64,000 nucleotides of DNA from Gammaproteobacteria bacterium (GCA_022819855.1 JAJEGN010000004.1:47128-111127); one strand, 5' to 3'; counted from the stretch's first letter, positions 48,484 to 59,151 are shown. The notes: generated from the sequence alone by a model not told the origin. Program-made: numbers and translations.

Positions 48484-49041
48484 ATGCCCGTGGAGCGCCG
48501 CGACGAGGAACTCGTTGCCCGCGCCATCGCGACCGGCAGTCCCGCAGACTACGACGTGCTGATCCGACGGTACCAGTCCGATGTGCGCAACTGGCTCCGC
48601 CATCTCACGGGCGACCCCTCAAGGGCGGACGACCTCGCACAGGAAACCTTCATTCGAGCCTGGGAACGGCTGCATACGATCAGCGATGGCAAGAGGTTCA
48701 AGGCCTGGCTAATGAAGATCGCCTACAACATGTTTCTCCAGTCAAGCCGCCGGCAGGGCAGGGAAGCGAGACTGGCGGATGCCCTGGGCCGCGAACAACT
48801 GGCCGCCGAAGACCACGTCACCCCAAGCCAGGACGCCGGTGTGGCCGACCTGCCCAGGATGCTGGCGATACTCAAGGAGGACGAACGCGTGACCATGGTC
48901 CTTTGCTACGCTTACGGCATGAGTCACCGGGAGATTGCGGAGCTGACCGAAACGCCGCTGGGTACGGTGAAATCCCACATTCGCAGGGGCGCCGCGCGGA
49001 TTCGAGAACGCTTTAACCTGGGGAACCCTGCTCATGGATAA
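48484..49041 (+). CDS. ECF RNA polymerase sigma factor
   Basis: DEELV, ADDLAQETF, FKAWL, SHREIAE, GTVKSHIRRG. Confidence 0.93.
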   Translation: MPVERRDEELVARAIATGSPADYDVLIRRYQSDVRNWLRHLTGDPSRADDLAQETFIRAWERLHTISDGKRFKAWLMKIAYNMFLQSSRRQGREARLADALGREQLAAEDHVTPSQDAGVADLPRMLAILKEDERVTMVLCYAYGMSHREIAELTETPLGTVKSHIRRGAARIRERFNLGNPAHG

Positions 49042-49402
49042 GACGGACAGACCCGTAAGCCCTGAAGAGGAAGTGCGCCTCTCGGCACTTTTCGAGACGC
49101 TCATTCCGCCCCTGGAAGACGAGGGCTTCAGCGCAATCGTAACGCGGCGCATCAGGCGACGAGTGTGGTTGCGGCGCGTAGTGCTTGGCACTGCCGTATT
49201 CATCGGAGGCGTGCTGGCGTTCGGCCCACTCTTCGAACTGTCCGTCCAGATATCCGGACTGTCCATCCTGCTTGCCGAGGGACTGGTTTCATTGGCCACG
49301 AGCTGGAACGACCCGGGTTGGCTGGCACAGAACGGGATGGTGCTGATCCTCGCCCTGCTGGCAGTCTCCTCGCCCGGAGCGATACGACTGCTGGAACGCT
49401 GA
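49034..49402 (+). CDS. Putative membrane anti-sigma factor
   Basis: Overlaps the sigma gene; DEGFS..V.RRI followed by TM helices. Confidence 0.65.
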   Translation: MDKTDRPVSPEEEVRLSALFETLIPPLEDEGFSAIVTRRIRRRVWLRRVVLGTAVFIGGVLAFGPLFELSVQISGLSILLAEGLVSLATSWNDPGWLAQNGMVLILALLAVSSPGAIRLLER

Positions 49403-49440
49403 CTTGACGGTACGCTGACAGATCCCAGGCCAGGGAGTAC

Positions 49441-49926
49441 ACGCCCCTGCTGAATGGCGGAGTAGACGCCTGGTTCGCTGCCGGCCACGAACTTTCCGGT
49501 TCCTCCACGGCGGTTCCTGCTGCCGGCTCATTGAATGTCCGAAGGAATGACGCTCTGCTTGCAGACTCGCGCGACGTTGCAGCCGCCGTGAACCGTTCCG
49601 CTTACAAGATCATCGATACGCGCACGGCTGTCTTTTACGACGGTGAACAGGGAGTTTTCGGGAAGACCGGACGTATCCCCGGCGCTATCAACCTGCCAAT
49701 CGAAGGTCTCGCTGATGACAGCGGGCGATTCGACGAAGCACAGTTGAGGGATGCGTTTCAGAATGCCGGGATCGACCCGGGCGACAGACTCATCATCTAC
49801 TGTCACGTCGGAATGCGCGCGACACAGGCGGTTTTCGCGGCGAAACTTCTGGGCTTTGATGTGCGCCTGTATGACGGCTCGTTCCAGGACTGGGTCACGA
49901 ACAATCGCGGCGACATCGAGCAATAG
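49441..49926 (+). pseudogene. 5'-truncated two-domain rhodanese/sulfurtransferase
   Basis: In-frame LLNGGVDAWFAAG (end of domain 1) upstream of the ORF-track start; in-frame stop at 49405 with no start codon before the remnant; intact domain 2 GRIPGA, YCHVGMRA, LYDGSFQDW. Confidence 0.72.
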
Positions 49927-49940
49927 CAGTCGCAGCGACG

Positions 49941-50681
49941 TTACAACAACGCGACCGCAGCTCGAACCCAATTCAGTTGAGGTAACAGGAACGCCGCCAG
50001 CAGCGTCAGTAGGAAGATCGCCGGGCAGCCGATGAGATACAGTGGATGAACGCGTTGCCTGGTGATGTAGTCATGAATCACGGGCGCGCTCAGAAAGCCC
50101 AGCAAAATCAGCAGCGACACTGCCGCCATGGGCAGGCCCGGCAGTTCGAAGCGAGCGATTCGGCCGACGGTCGCCGGAAGCAGGCACAGCATCAGCAGCA
50201 ACATCAGTCGTCTGTGGATATGCCGATTACGTCGATTCAGGTACCCGAGTGTCATCAACACGGCCATGGGCACGACCATCACGACATTGCCCCAGAAGAT
50301 CCGGTTGGTCAGCGTGACAAAGGGCTCATCGAGTATGCCGGCGGCGTTTCTGTCACTGGCGGTTTGCAACATCAATACGACAATCTGCGCGACCAGAATG
50401 ACGCCTAACACCATTCCGACTGTCCCGAGCGTTCGGTGCCTTGAAATCTTCGTACTTCTCACAAATCCCGTCTGAGCGATAAACAACGCCATCCAGAGCG
50501 TGGCGATGAAGCCGTGCATATGTTCCAGCGGCCTGGAGGGTCGCTGCTCCATTCCTTCCAGGTGCAGTCGCGGCAGGTCAAATGAAGCGCCCAGATAGAA
50601 TGTTGGCGCAAAACCGACGAATACCGCGATCGCTAGAGCCCAGGCCATGTAGAAGTAAAAGTTGTCCCGCTGGCGTGTCAC
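49941..50681 (-). CDS. Hypothetical multi-pass membrane protein
   Basis: VFVGFAPTFY, HMHG...W, HRTLG, HRRLML, HPLYL; about 7 TM helices; GTG start after GAGGG. Confidence 0.78.
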   Translation of the reverse strand: MTRQRDNFYFYMAWALAIAVFVGFAPTFYLGASFDLPRLHLEGMEQRPSRPLEHMHGFIATLWMALFIAQTGFVRSTKISRHRTLGTVGMVLGVILVAQIVVLMLQTASDRNAAGILDEPFVTLTNRIFWGNVVMVVPMAVLMTLGYLNRRNRHIHRRLMLLLMLCLLPATVGRIARFELPGLPMAAVSLLILLGFLSAPVIHDYITRQRVHPLYLIGCPAIFLLTLLAAFLLPQLNWVRAAVALL

Positions 50682-50843
50682 GACAAGGCCCTCATGCTCA
50701 GCCGGCTGACGGGAACCAGGCAAGTGCAGATGGGAAGCGGTTTCGCAAACCCGATGCCAGAATCCGCGCGTCACCGGCGGGGCCGCGTCGTGAGTCCAAT
50801 GGGCGCGTCGCAGGCGATGGATAATCCGGTCGGCGAGGCAGGG

Positions 50844-51785
50844 TCAATCTGAAACCCATGACCGTCGGTATTCCTGCGGAGAAGTGCCGACAATTCGATG
50901 AAAATGCTTGCGAAACACCGCGGGCGATCCGACCCCCACCTGAGTCGCGATCCGCTCAATGCTGTTGCGGGTGTTTGCGAGCAAGTGCTGTGCGCGTCGC
51001 ATCCGCAGGCGCAGCAACCATTGAACGGGCGGATAGCCGACCTGTTCCAGAAAGCGCCGATTCAACGTGCGTTTGCTCAGCCTGGCGTTCTCCGCAATTT
51101 CCTCCAGGTCCAGCGAACGATGCAGGTTCTTCTCCATCCACTCCAGCACCGGCCCGAGTGACCGGCGATCGTGTGAAATCCGATCGTTTACGATGAATTG
51201 TGCCTGGCCGCCGCGGCGTTCCAATGACATCACGGCCAGCCGGGCCGAGTGCGCCGCGATTGCGGCGCCGTAGTCACGCTTGATCATATGCAAACAGAGA
51301 TCGAGCCCCGCGGCTGCCCCGGCCGACGTGAGTATCCGCCCGTTGTCAACGAATAGCACGTTGGGGTCGACCTGAATGTCAGGATGCCGCGTTTGCAATT
51401 CTTCCGCGACCAGCCAGTGAGTTGTTGCCCGCAGGCCGTCGAGCAATCCCGTAGCGGCCAGGACGAACGCCCCGGAACAGATCGATGCGATGCGTGCGCC
51501 TCTGGCAGCGGCCTCTGAAATCGCTTCCAGGAGGATCGCCGGCAGCGGGGAATCTACAGGGTGCACCCCCGGGATCATCACGGTATCCGCGAATGCCAGC
51601 TCATCCAGCTTCGATTCCAGTTCCATATTGAACCCGACAGTTCTGATCTTCGGCGCCGCAGCGCACAGCCGAACGTCGTATGCAGGTTCATCGGATGGCA
51701 GCCGGACGGATCCGAACAAATCAAGCGGTGCGGCGAAGTCGGATGGGACAACGCCGTCAAACACAACAACCGCGACCCTGTGCAT
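50844..51785 (-). CDS. GlxA/FtrA-type AraC regulator (DJ-1 + AraC)
   Basis: ASICSGAFVLA, ATTHW, TSAGAAAGLD, GGQAQF, RTLNRRF, SPQEYR. Confidence 0.93.
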   Translation of the reverse strand: MHRVAVVVFDGVVPSDFAAPLDLFGSVRLPSDEPAYDVRLCAAAPKIRTVGFNMELESKLDELAFADTVMIPGVHPVDSPLPAILLEAISEAAARGARIASICSGAFVLAATGLLDGLRATTHWLVAEELQTRHPDIQVDPNVLFVDNGRILTSAGAAAGLDLCLHMIKRDYGAAIAAHSARLAVMSLERRGGQAQFIVNDRISHDRRSLGPVLEWMEKNLHRSLDLEEIAENARLSKRTLNRRFLEQVGYPPVQWLLRLRMRRAQHLLANTRNSIERIATQVGVGSPAVFRKHFHRIVGTSPQEYRRSWVSD

Positions 51786-52024
51786 GGCACGATATTAGCG
51801 TAAAGCAAATAAAATGCCAATCGAAAGGAGGTATGATAAGGAAACATGTTGCTAATATGGCAATAAATGATCGCTAATTGTCATTACTGCTACTCGTTCC
51901 ATCCGCGTCCTTGTCGCATGCTGTCTGGCGAGCCTTGAGGAGATCGAAACCGGGTGGCAACGAGGAAGCAAAGCGGGTCTCGGAAGGTACCGCACCCTTC
52001 AGACGGGACGTAGCAGTCGAAGGC

Positions 52025-53278
52025 ATGGACATCCCCAAAAAGGTCAGTCGGCGGCGAGAGCACACTGTCAAGGCTGCAATCGGTGTGCTCGTGGCGGCAG
52101 CTTCCCTGCTTGCGTACAGCCGTGTCACGAGCCTCATATCGTCCGACGTGGTTGATAGCAGCGAGTTCGTTATCGAGTCCGTCGAACTCGGGAGCGTGAG
52201 CCGCGAAGTTCGCGCTACGGGAACGCTGGTCTCCTCTGATCTGAGGCTTATTGCCGCAACCGTCGACGGGACGGTGGATTCCATTTCGGTCGATGCCGGA
52301 GTCAATGTGGCCGCAGATGCCGTCATTCTGCAATTGAGTAATCCGACAATCGCTCGCGATGCAGACACGGCAAGAATCGACCTCCGTGTCATGGAGGCCC
52401 AGGCGGCGGCGCACGCAAAACAATTGATTGCAAATCAGCTTGCTCAGGAGGCGATCGTCGCAGAGTACGAAGCTCTCCATGAAAACGCGCTGTTTCGGGT
52501 TAACGCAAACTCCATACTGGCTGAGGACAACATCGTTTCGGAACTTGATGTGATCGAAGCGGAACTTCGCGAGAGGCAGTATCGAACGCAGCTCGCGCTG
52601 GAGCGGCAAAGGCTGGAACACCTGATTGATCTGAACGAATCGGAAAACACTGCACGCCAGGCGGAAATTGATCGCGCTGTTCGCCAGTTGGCGCTCGGTG
52701 AAGAACTCCTGGACGATCTCACGATACGTGCCGGCATCAACGGTGCGCTCCAGGAGGTTGCGGTGGAAGCGGGCGAGCAGGTCAGCGTCGGCGCCTTTCT
52801 GGCTTCTGTCGCAAGTGTCGACAATCTCAAGGCGGAACTCCGAGTGCAGGAAAGCCAGGTGTACGACGTCAGGCTCGGGCAGGACGTCATCGTTACCGCC
52901 GGTGGGGACAAGGCTCGCGGCCGCATCACGAGAATCGAGCCGTCGGTTCGCGATGGCGTCGTGATCGTCGATGTCGGCTTTGAGCACGAATCGCTTCCGG
53001 GCGCGCGGCCCGATCTGCGTGTCGAGGGTGTGATTCAGACAGGTTCCGTCACGGATGTAATCACCATTCCGCGCCCGGTATTTTCTCGTGAGAATTCGGA
53101 GTCGGAGCTGTTTGTTCTGGACGAAACCGGATCGCGTGCCGTTCGCACTCAGGTCCGTCTCGGAGTTGGCTCCGTGTCGACGATCGAAGTTGTGAGCGGA
53201 TTGACCATTGGGGACCAGGTCATCGTTTCGGATACCAGCGGATTTCAGGACCGGGAAATCATAGAGCTTGGCGATTGA
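52025..53278 (+). CDS. HlyD/MFP periplasmic adaptor of an ABC exporter
   Basis: MDIP start, VRATGTL, LSNP, long coiled coil, RPDLRVEG. Confidence 0.88.
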   Translation: MDIPKKVSRRREHTVKAAIGVLVAAASLLAYSRVTSLISSDVVDSSEFVIESVELGSVSREVRATGTLVSSDLRLIAATVDGTVDSISVDAGVNVAADAVILQLSNPTIARDADTARIDLRVMEAQAAAHAKQLIANQLAQEAIVAEYEALHENALFRVNANSILAEDNIVSELDVIEAELRERQYRTQLALERQRLEHLIDLNESENTARQAEIDRAVRQLALGEELLDDLTIRAGINGALQEVAVEAGEQVSVGAFLASVASVDNLKAELRVQESQVYDVRLGQDVIVTAGGDKARGRITRIEPSVRDGVVIVDVGFEHESLPGARPDLRVEGVIQTGSVTDVITIPRPVFSRENSESELFVLDETGSRAVRTQVRLGVGSVSTIEVVSGLTIGDQVIVSDTSGFQDREIIELGD

Positions 53279-53294
53279 CAGGTGAGGAGATTGC

Positions 53295-55727
53295 GTGAAC
53301 GACATTATCGAGAACATTGCATTTGCCTGGCGTCGAGCGGTAAAGAACCCGGCGATCTCGGCGCTGATTGTCTTGACGTTTGCGATTGGCCTCGGCGCGA
53401 ACAGTGCGATGTTCAGCATGGCCTACAACATCCTGCTCTCGCCGTTGCCGTACGCCGACAGCGATCGCCTCGTTCGCCTCGAGCAGCACGAACCGAATGC
53501 CGGAAGACAGAACTTTCCCTCATCGGTGCAGAGTTATTTCGATTTTCGGGAGCAGAACGAAAGCTTCGAGCATGTTCTCGAATATCACGCGATGCAGTTT
53601 ACGCTGCTGGGCCACGGCCTGCCGATTCGCGTGCAGACGGGCGTCACGAGCTGGAACTACTTCGACGTGCTCGGAATTCAACCGCTGCATGGCCGCCTTT
53701 TTGTAGCAGGAGAAGACGATATCGGGGCGGAACCGCTCATTCTGCTGTCCCATCGCTTCTGGACGAGTCAGTTCGACTCGGATCCGGATGTCGTCGGCTC
53801 GAGTCTGGAAATGAACAACGCAATTCACAGGGTCATCGGAGTTCTGCCGCCTGTCCCCGCGTTTCCGGATGACAACGATATCTGGATCACGTCCGCGAGC
53901 TGTCCGTTCCGATCCAGTCCACCCGTCATCGACAATCGCAATGTGCCGATGATTGCATCGATTTTCGCGAAACTGCGCGACGACGTCAGCATCGAGAATG
54001 GAGCGAGCGACGTAAACGGAATCGCTCAGCGCTTGCTGACCGCCTATCCGGATTCCTACTCGGCAGCGCGTGGCTACTCGGCAGACCTGACCGCCTTGAA
54101 GGAAGTGATGACGGGAGATTCGAGCCGTGTGTTTTATCTTCTGATTGCGGTCTCCGCTCTCGTGTTGCTGATCGCCTGTGCGAACATCGCAAACCTGAAT
54201 CTCGCACGGCTTGCTTCCCGTCACCAGGAACTGGCCGTGCGAGAGGCGGTTGGCGCCAAGCCTTCAGCCATTTCACGACAGTTGCTGATCGAGAGCGTGC
54301 TGTATGCGATGGTCGGGGGCACACTGGGACTGATCGTCGCTTATTTCAGTCTGGGTGTCTTGTCAGAATTTGCGGCCGGATACACTTCGTTGGCCAGCGA
54401 GATCCGGATGGACTCGGGAACGCTCCTCTTTTCGGCCGTGCTGGCCGTAGTCACGGGCATCGTAAGCGGTTCGGCGGCCGCTTTTCAGCGGCGCAATATC
54501 AGCAGAGCCCTGAAGGAAGGCGGGGACAAGGTCACGACTACAGCATCCGGAAAACTGCAACGCAGTGCTTTGCTTGCAGTGCAGCTCGCCCTGTCCTTCG
54601 TGATCCTGACTGTCACGGCGCTGATCGTCCTCAGCATGTACAGACTGACGTCGACGGATCCCGGTTACGACCCTGAGAACGTTCTCAATGTAAGTCTCGA
54701 TCTCAATTTTACGAACTACTCGAGTCCACAGGAGATTCGTGATTTCGGTCAACGCCTGCTGCGCGAAACGAGTCAGATCGCTGGCGTGGAGAGCGTCGGC
54801 GTATCTGCTGTTGCTCCCGGACAAGGCGGAGTGCTTGGTGTCGTTGCATTCGAGATCGAGGGCAGGGTCAGTGCCGACGATGACGTGCGGCCAAGCGCCA
54901 CGAACTCGACGGTTTCAAGCGGGTATTTTCGAACGCTGGGTATTCCACTCGTGAAAGGCGAGACGTTTGCCGAAAGCGATGACGAGAACGCCATACCTGT
55001 TGCCGTCATCAATCAGCGTTTCGAGGAGACGTATTTTCCAGGCGGGAACGCCATAGGCAACAGAATTTCCACCGACCAGGGCGAGTCCTGGGTCGAGATC
55101 ATCGGCGTGGTCGGCGATGTGAGGTTCGGCAGCCCCGATGTAACTCAGGGGCCTGCATTTTACGAGCATTTTCCGCAACGTCCCGGCACATCGATGGAAT
55201 TCGTCCTGCGTAGCGCGGGAGATCTCGCAGAACTCGGCTCAATCGTTGCTGAGACAATCTATTCGATCGATTCTCAGCAAGCCGTGGATGAGATCGCAAC
55301 GATGAATCAGATCAGATCACAATGGCTCGAGGCGCCACGTCTTGTAGCGATACTGATGGGTTTGTTCGGCGTCCTCTCGCTGCTCGTTACGGTATCAGGC
55401 GTCGTCGGGGTTGTTTCGTACAACGTAAGCCAGCGAATACGCGAAATCGGTGTTCACATCGCTGTCGGTGCGAATCCGGCGAAAATTCGCGGAATCTTCG
55501 TCCGACAGACTGTTCGGCTTCTTGTGGCGGGTCTCGCCATTGGCGCCCTTGCGATGGCATTTGTTGCGCCCGGGCTGAGTGAGTTTCTCTTCGAGACGAG
55601 CGTGGCGGAGATCGACGTATATCTGTTTACGGCATTTCTGCTGGCCGTGGTCGCATGGCTTGCAACGACCGTACCGGCGAGAAAAGCCAGTGGCCTCAAT
55701 CCGGCGGCGGCGTTGAGGAACGAATAA
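53295..55727 (+). CDS. MacB/FtsX-type duplicated ABC permease
   Basis: GLGANSAMFS, LLIACANIANL, ELAVREAVGA, REIGVHIAVGA, PARKA..NP..ALR. Confidence 0.92.
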   Translation: MNDIIENIAFAWRRAVKNPAISALIVLTFAIGLGANSAMFSMAYNILLSPLPYADSDRLVRLEQHEPNAGRQNFPSSVQSYFDFREQNESFEHVLEYHAMQFTLLGHGLPIRVQTGVTSWNYFDVLGIQPLHGRLFVAGEDDIGAEPLILLSHRFWTSQFDSDPDVVGSSLEMNNAIHRVIGVLPPVPAFPDDNDIWITSASCPFRSSPPVIDNRNVPMIASIFAKLRDDVSIENGASDVNGIAQRLLTAYPDSYSAARGYSADLTALKEVMTGDSSRVFYLLIAVSALVLLIACANIANLNLARLASRHQELAVREAVGAKPSAISRQLLIESVLYAMVGGTLGLIVAYFSLGVLSEFAAGYTSLASEIRMDSGTLLFSAVLAVVTGIVSGSAAAFQRRNISRALKEGGDKVTTTASGKLQRSALLAVQLALSFVILTVTALIVLSMYRLTSTDPGYDPENVLNVSLDLNFTNYSSPQEIRDFGQRLLRETSQIAGVESVGVSAVAPGQGGVLGVVAFEIEGRVSADDDVRPSATNSTVSSGYFRTLGIPLVKGETFAESDDENAIPVAVINQRFEETYFPGGNAIGNRISTDQGESWVEIIGVVGDVRFGSPDVTQGPAFYEHFPQRPGTSMEFVLRSAGDLAELGSIVAETIYSIDSQQAVDEIATMNQIRSQWLEAPRLVAILMGLFGVLSLLVTVSGVVGVVSYNVSQRIREIGVHIAVGANPAKIRGIFVRQTVRLLVAGLAIGALAMAFVAPGLSEFLFETSVAEIDVYLFTAFLLAVVAWLATTVPARKASGLNPAAALRNE

Positions 55728-55746
55728 GGGACAAGGAAGAAGATAC

Positions 55747-56430
55747 ATGAATTCAGGTGCTGCGGAAATCGTTCGGCTTACTGGTATTACCCGGGTGTAC
55801 GAAACCTACGATACGGAAACGCGAGCCGTTCAGGACATTGACCTTGCGATCCACGAGGGGGAGTACATCTGCATTACCGGGCCATCCGGCTGCGGGAAAT
55901 CGACATTGCTGTCGATTATCGGTCTGCTCGATACGGCAACGAGCGGCCAGTATCTGCTCAAGGATCACCGGGTCGATGAATTCGATTCATATCAAAGAGC
56001 GGAGCTGCGCAACCGTGAAATCGGCTTCATATTCCAGGCCTTCAATCTGATCGGCGACCTGCAGGTCGTCGAAAATGTCGAGCTGCCCCTGCTCTATAAA
56101 GGGATCTCGAAGCAGGAGCGCCGCGAGATCGCGATGGACAAACTGGAGAAGGTTCAGCTCACGGCCCGTGCAAAGCACTATCCATCGCAGCTCTCCGGCG
56201 GCCAGCAGCAGCGCGTTGCAGTTGCCCGAGGTATCGCAGCCGAGCCCTCGTTGTTGCTGGCTGATGAGCCGACCGGGAATCTCGACAGCAGGAACGGTGA
56301 GGCCATTATGGACCTTCTGGATGAGCTGCACGATGAGGGAAAAACCATTTGCATGGTTACTCACGATGCACGCTTTCTGGACAGAATGACACGGCGCATA
56401 GACCTGGTTGATGGAAAGATTGCGCCATGA
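55747..56430 (+). CDS. ABC transporter ATP-binding protein (LolD/MacB-type)
   Basis: [31 protein letters not shown]. Confidence 0.95.
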   Translation: MNSGAAEIVRLTGITRVYETYDTETRAVQDIDLAIHEGEYICITGPSGCGKSTLLSIIGLLDTATSGQYLLKDHRVDEFDSYQRAELRNREIGFIFQAFNLIGDLQVVENVELPLLYKGISKQERREIAMDKLEKVQLTARAKHYPSQLSGGQQQRVAVARGIAAEPSLLLADEPTGNLDSRNGEAIMDLLDELHDEGKTICMVTHDARFLDRMTRRIDLVDGKIAP

Positions 56431-56597
56431 CTCGCACGTCTTTCGAGATGTCCGGCACATGCCAGCCAGTGAGTCGGGGCGGAATCATCTCAGCTGCAGA
56501 CCCATGACCCGCCCCGATTGGGAATTCCGGCTGTCGTGGGCGTCATAGGACCGAGTCTCGGCCTTGCATACACGGTCTACGCGGCAGAGTTGTCAGA

Positions 56598-57017
56598 TTG
56601 GCCTATCTTCTCATCAAGTGCACACACCTCGCCGCAGTTGTCGTTTGGATGGGTGTGATGATTTTTATCCCCGCCGTGATGGCGTCGCTCCGATCTCTGC
56701 AGGATGAAGCGCGCCTTGGCGCTGCTCGCCGCGTGCGAACGTGGTATCTCGGCGTGGGAAGCGTTGCCATGATGGGTACATGGATCTTCGGCATCACGTT
56801 GATGATGATGGGTGGCTGGATGTTTTCGGGGTGGATGGTCGCCAAAATCGCTGTCGTCCTTGCGCTGTCCGCTCTGCACGGTTTTGTCTCTGGCCAGTTC
56901 CGGCAATTGGCGACGGATTCATCGTTCGAGCTCGGGGGCTGGCCCACTGCCGTCACAATCTGTGAATTTCTCGCTCTCCTGCTCGTACTCACGCTCGCGG
57001 TCCTGAAACCATTCTGA
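56598..57017 (+). CDS. CopD/HemJ-family membrane protein
   Basis: YLLIK..H.....W, GWMVAK, LHG, LAVLKPF terminus; TTG start. Confidence 0.75.
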   Translation: MAYLLIKCTHLAAVVVWMGVMIFIPAVMASLRSLQDEARLGAARRVRTWYLGVGSVAMMGTWIFGITLMMMGGWMFSGWMVAKIAVVLALSALHGFVSGQFRQLATDSSFELGGWPTAVTICEFLALLLVLTLAVLKPF

Positions 57018-57326
57018 AATTGCCTGCAATGAACGCGAGACCCGTTGTGATTTGGGCGGCACCGGTGCAAACGGGTCAACGCCGCCAGGTGCTGCACTAT
57101 CCGCAGTGACGAAGCGGCCTGCGCAGCGCCATGGGGTCCGGCCTTGCGGTTCGGCAAGGTGCTTCGATCCCGAAGCGGAGCGGTCTGTTCTTCGTCTTTC
57201 GAGAGCTTGTGGAGCGAATTCGGGCGCGGAAAGCAATCGGCTTTTCGGGCCTCAACCTTCTGTTTTTGTTATAAATCAGGGTGTTGTCGGCCCATGGCGG
57301 GCCGGGTCGCCTGGAAGGGGAAAGTC

Positions 57327-57413
57327 TGGTGCCGGGAGAGAGACTTGAACTCTCACTCTGTTGCCAGAACCGGATTTTGAGTCCGGCGCGTCTACCAATT
57401 CCGCCACCCCGGC
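57327..57413 (-). tRNA. tRNA-Leu (CAA), CCA encoded
   Basis: GCCGGGGTGGCGGAATTGGTAGACGCGCCGGACT-CAA-AATCCGG..long variable arm..GTTCAAGTC..CCCGGCACCA; 87 nt. Confidence 0.96.
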
Positions 57414-57589
57414 CCGAGTGGGTTGCGTAGCTTACCATTACTCGGAAATCGTTAAATTTTGTCCATTATGGACACCAGCGACAGCCGTTATGCGATCCTT
57501 TTGTCGCTGTCACACCCAGGACTTGAAGGGCAAGGGATCTTGAGCGCCGCATCCGCGTTGCGGCCGACCTAACCGCAGGAACCGACATC

Positions 57590-58450
57590 ATGACAAGACA
57601 TTCGATTTTGTCCCTGATTGCCGCGACGGCCGTTGCCATGACCGCAGCGCCCCTTGGTGCGCAAGACGCTGTCGAGGAAGAGGAACTCGAGGCTGCCCGC
57701 GCGGAACTCGAGGAAGCTCGCGAGGCGCTGGAGGAGGCTGCGCGCGAGGTCGCGCGCCTCTCCGCTCAGGTGGGCGGCGCGGCAGCCAGAAGCATCAGAA
57801 TAGTCACCAATCCGGCGGTGCTCGGCGTCAACGTCACCGACGACGAGGAGGGCGCCCGGGTCATCGCCGTGACCCCGGACAGCCCGGCGGACGAGAGCGG
57901 GGTGGCGGCCGGGGACATCATCGTGGCGCTCGACGGCGCCGAACTCGATGGCGACTCGCCGGCCCACCTGCTGGTCGCCGAGGCGATGCGGGATGTCGAC
58001 CCGGGTGAACCGGTCCTGCTCACGATCGTCCGCGACGGCGGCGAAGAAGAGATCGAGGTCGTTGCAGGATCTTCCCGAGCCATCGCGATCGGCAGCGCGT
58101 TTGCAGACCGGGATTTCGTCCCGGGAAATCTGCGCCGGATGCGCGACGATATCGGTGACCGCTTCCGTTCGTTCCGCGGTCGCCGGATCGACATGGAGCT
58201 GGTCGAGCTGACGCCCGAACTCGGCGCCTATTTCGGGACCGAAACCGGCCTCCTCGTGATCCGCGCGCCTTCCGATGAACCGCTTGAGGCGCTCATGGAC
58301 GGCGACGTGATCCTCGGGATCGGCGGCAGAACGCCGAACGACACCGGGCACGCGAGGCGCATACTGGCGAGCTTCGAAAGCGGCGAAACCCTGGAACTCG
58401 AGATCATGCGCAACCAGCGCCGTGAGACTCTGGAGGTGGAGTTCCCCTAG
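57590..58450 (+). CDS. Secreted two-PDZ-domain protein
   Basis: Signal peptide, coiled coil, LGVNV..V..VTPDSPA..GDII, second PDZ GDVIL.IGGR. Confidence 0.85.
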   Translation: MTRHSILSLIAATAVAMTAAPLGAQDAVEEEELEAARAELEEAREALEEAAREVARLSAQVGGAAARSIRIVTNPAVLGVNVTDDEEGARVIAVTPDSPADESGVAAGDIIVALDGAELDGDSPAHLLVAEAMRDVDPGEPVLLTIVRDGGEEEIEVVAGSSRAIAIGSAFADRDFVPGNLRRMRDDIGDRFRSFRGRRIDMELVELTPELGAYFGTETGLLVIRAPSDEPLEALMDGDVILGIGGRTPNDTGHARRILASFESGETLELEIMRNQRRETLEVEFP

Positions 58451-58675
58451 GCGCCCGGCGCAAGCTGCACATCCCGGCGTCCGCTCCGATCGAAGTCGTT
58501 CCCCTGGGCTCCTGGCACGGCGGTTCGCCCAGGCGCCCGGTCCGGGTTCGCGGCTGCGTGAAGGGAATCTGGACGAGTGATGGAAGAATCTCGACAGGAG
58601 CAAGACCATCCCGTTTAGAATAGGCGCTTCGAATTGAATGCGCGTCAGGCGCGTTGTCTCGGGGGAAGGGGACTC

Positions 58676-59041
58676 ATGAACGTGATGAGAATCGTGGCGC
58701 TGGCGGGCCTTTGGCTTATCGTTTCCGCTTGCGCGGGGACCGGCTCGACCGGCGGGCTGGCGGCCGCGCCGGGTTCATCCGCAGCAGCGGCTCCAGGCGG
58801 AGATGCACAGGCGCCAGCGGAAGTCGCGCAGGTTCGCGAAGTTGCAGTAACGGCTGCGGCGACAGAGTCTCCCGACGACGTGATCTGCCGCCGCGAAGTG
58901 AGAACGGGCTCGCACTTTGCGACCAGAGTCTGCCGGACGCGGGCTGAGATCGAAGCGACCCAGCGGGAGACGCAGGAGTTCATGAGAGAGCGGCAGCGCA
59001 TTGCCGGTGGCGCGGGAGCGGGCGAGGCGGCCACTCCGTAG
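58676..59041 (+). CDS. Hypothetical lipoprotein
   Basis: Lipobox VSAC; DDVICRRE..TGSH...RVCRT motif. Confidence 0.72.
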   Translation: MNVMRIVALAGLWLIVSACAGTGSTGGLAAAPGSSAAAAPGGDAQAPAEVAQVREVAVTAAATESPDDVICRREVRTGSHFATRVCRTRAEIEATQRETQEFMRERQRIAGGAGAGEAATP

Positions 59042-59151
59042 AACCGGGCCCGCCGCGCCGGCGCGTCAGGTTCCAATCGCCGAGCTTGCCCGAAGTCCGA
59101 TCCGCCCTGTCTCTCGCGCCGGACTGCGCCTGACCTTAGAATCGCGCGACG

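Larger units (their letters stand above)
49441..57326. mobile_element. Putative decayed genomic islet abutting the tRNA-Leu 3' end
   Basis: Visibly lower GC and more A/T-ending codons than the flanks; truncated gene at the left edge; tRNA 3' end at the right edge. No integrase or att repeat seen. Left boundary may extend to about 47.8 kb. Confidence 0.45.

Noticed and set aside
51785-51799. Sigma54-like TGGCAC-N5-TAGC
   Set aside because: Mismatch in the -12 box, overlaps the AraC start and its -10, and is better explained as an AraC-family operator half-site.
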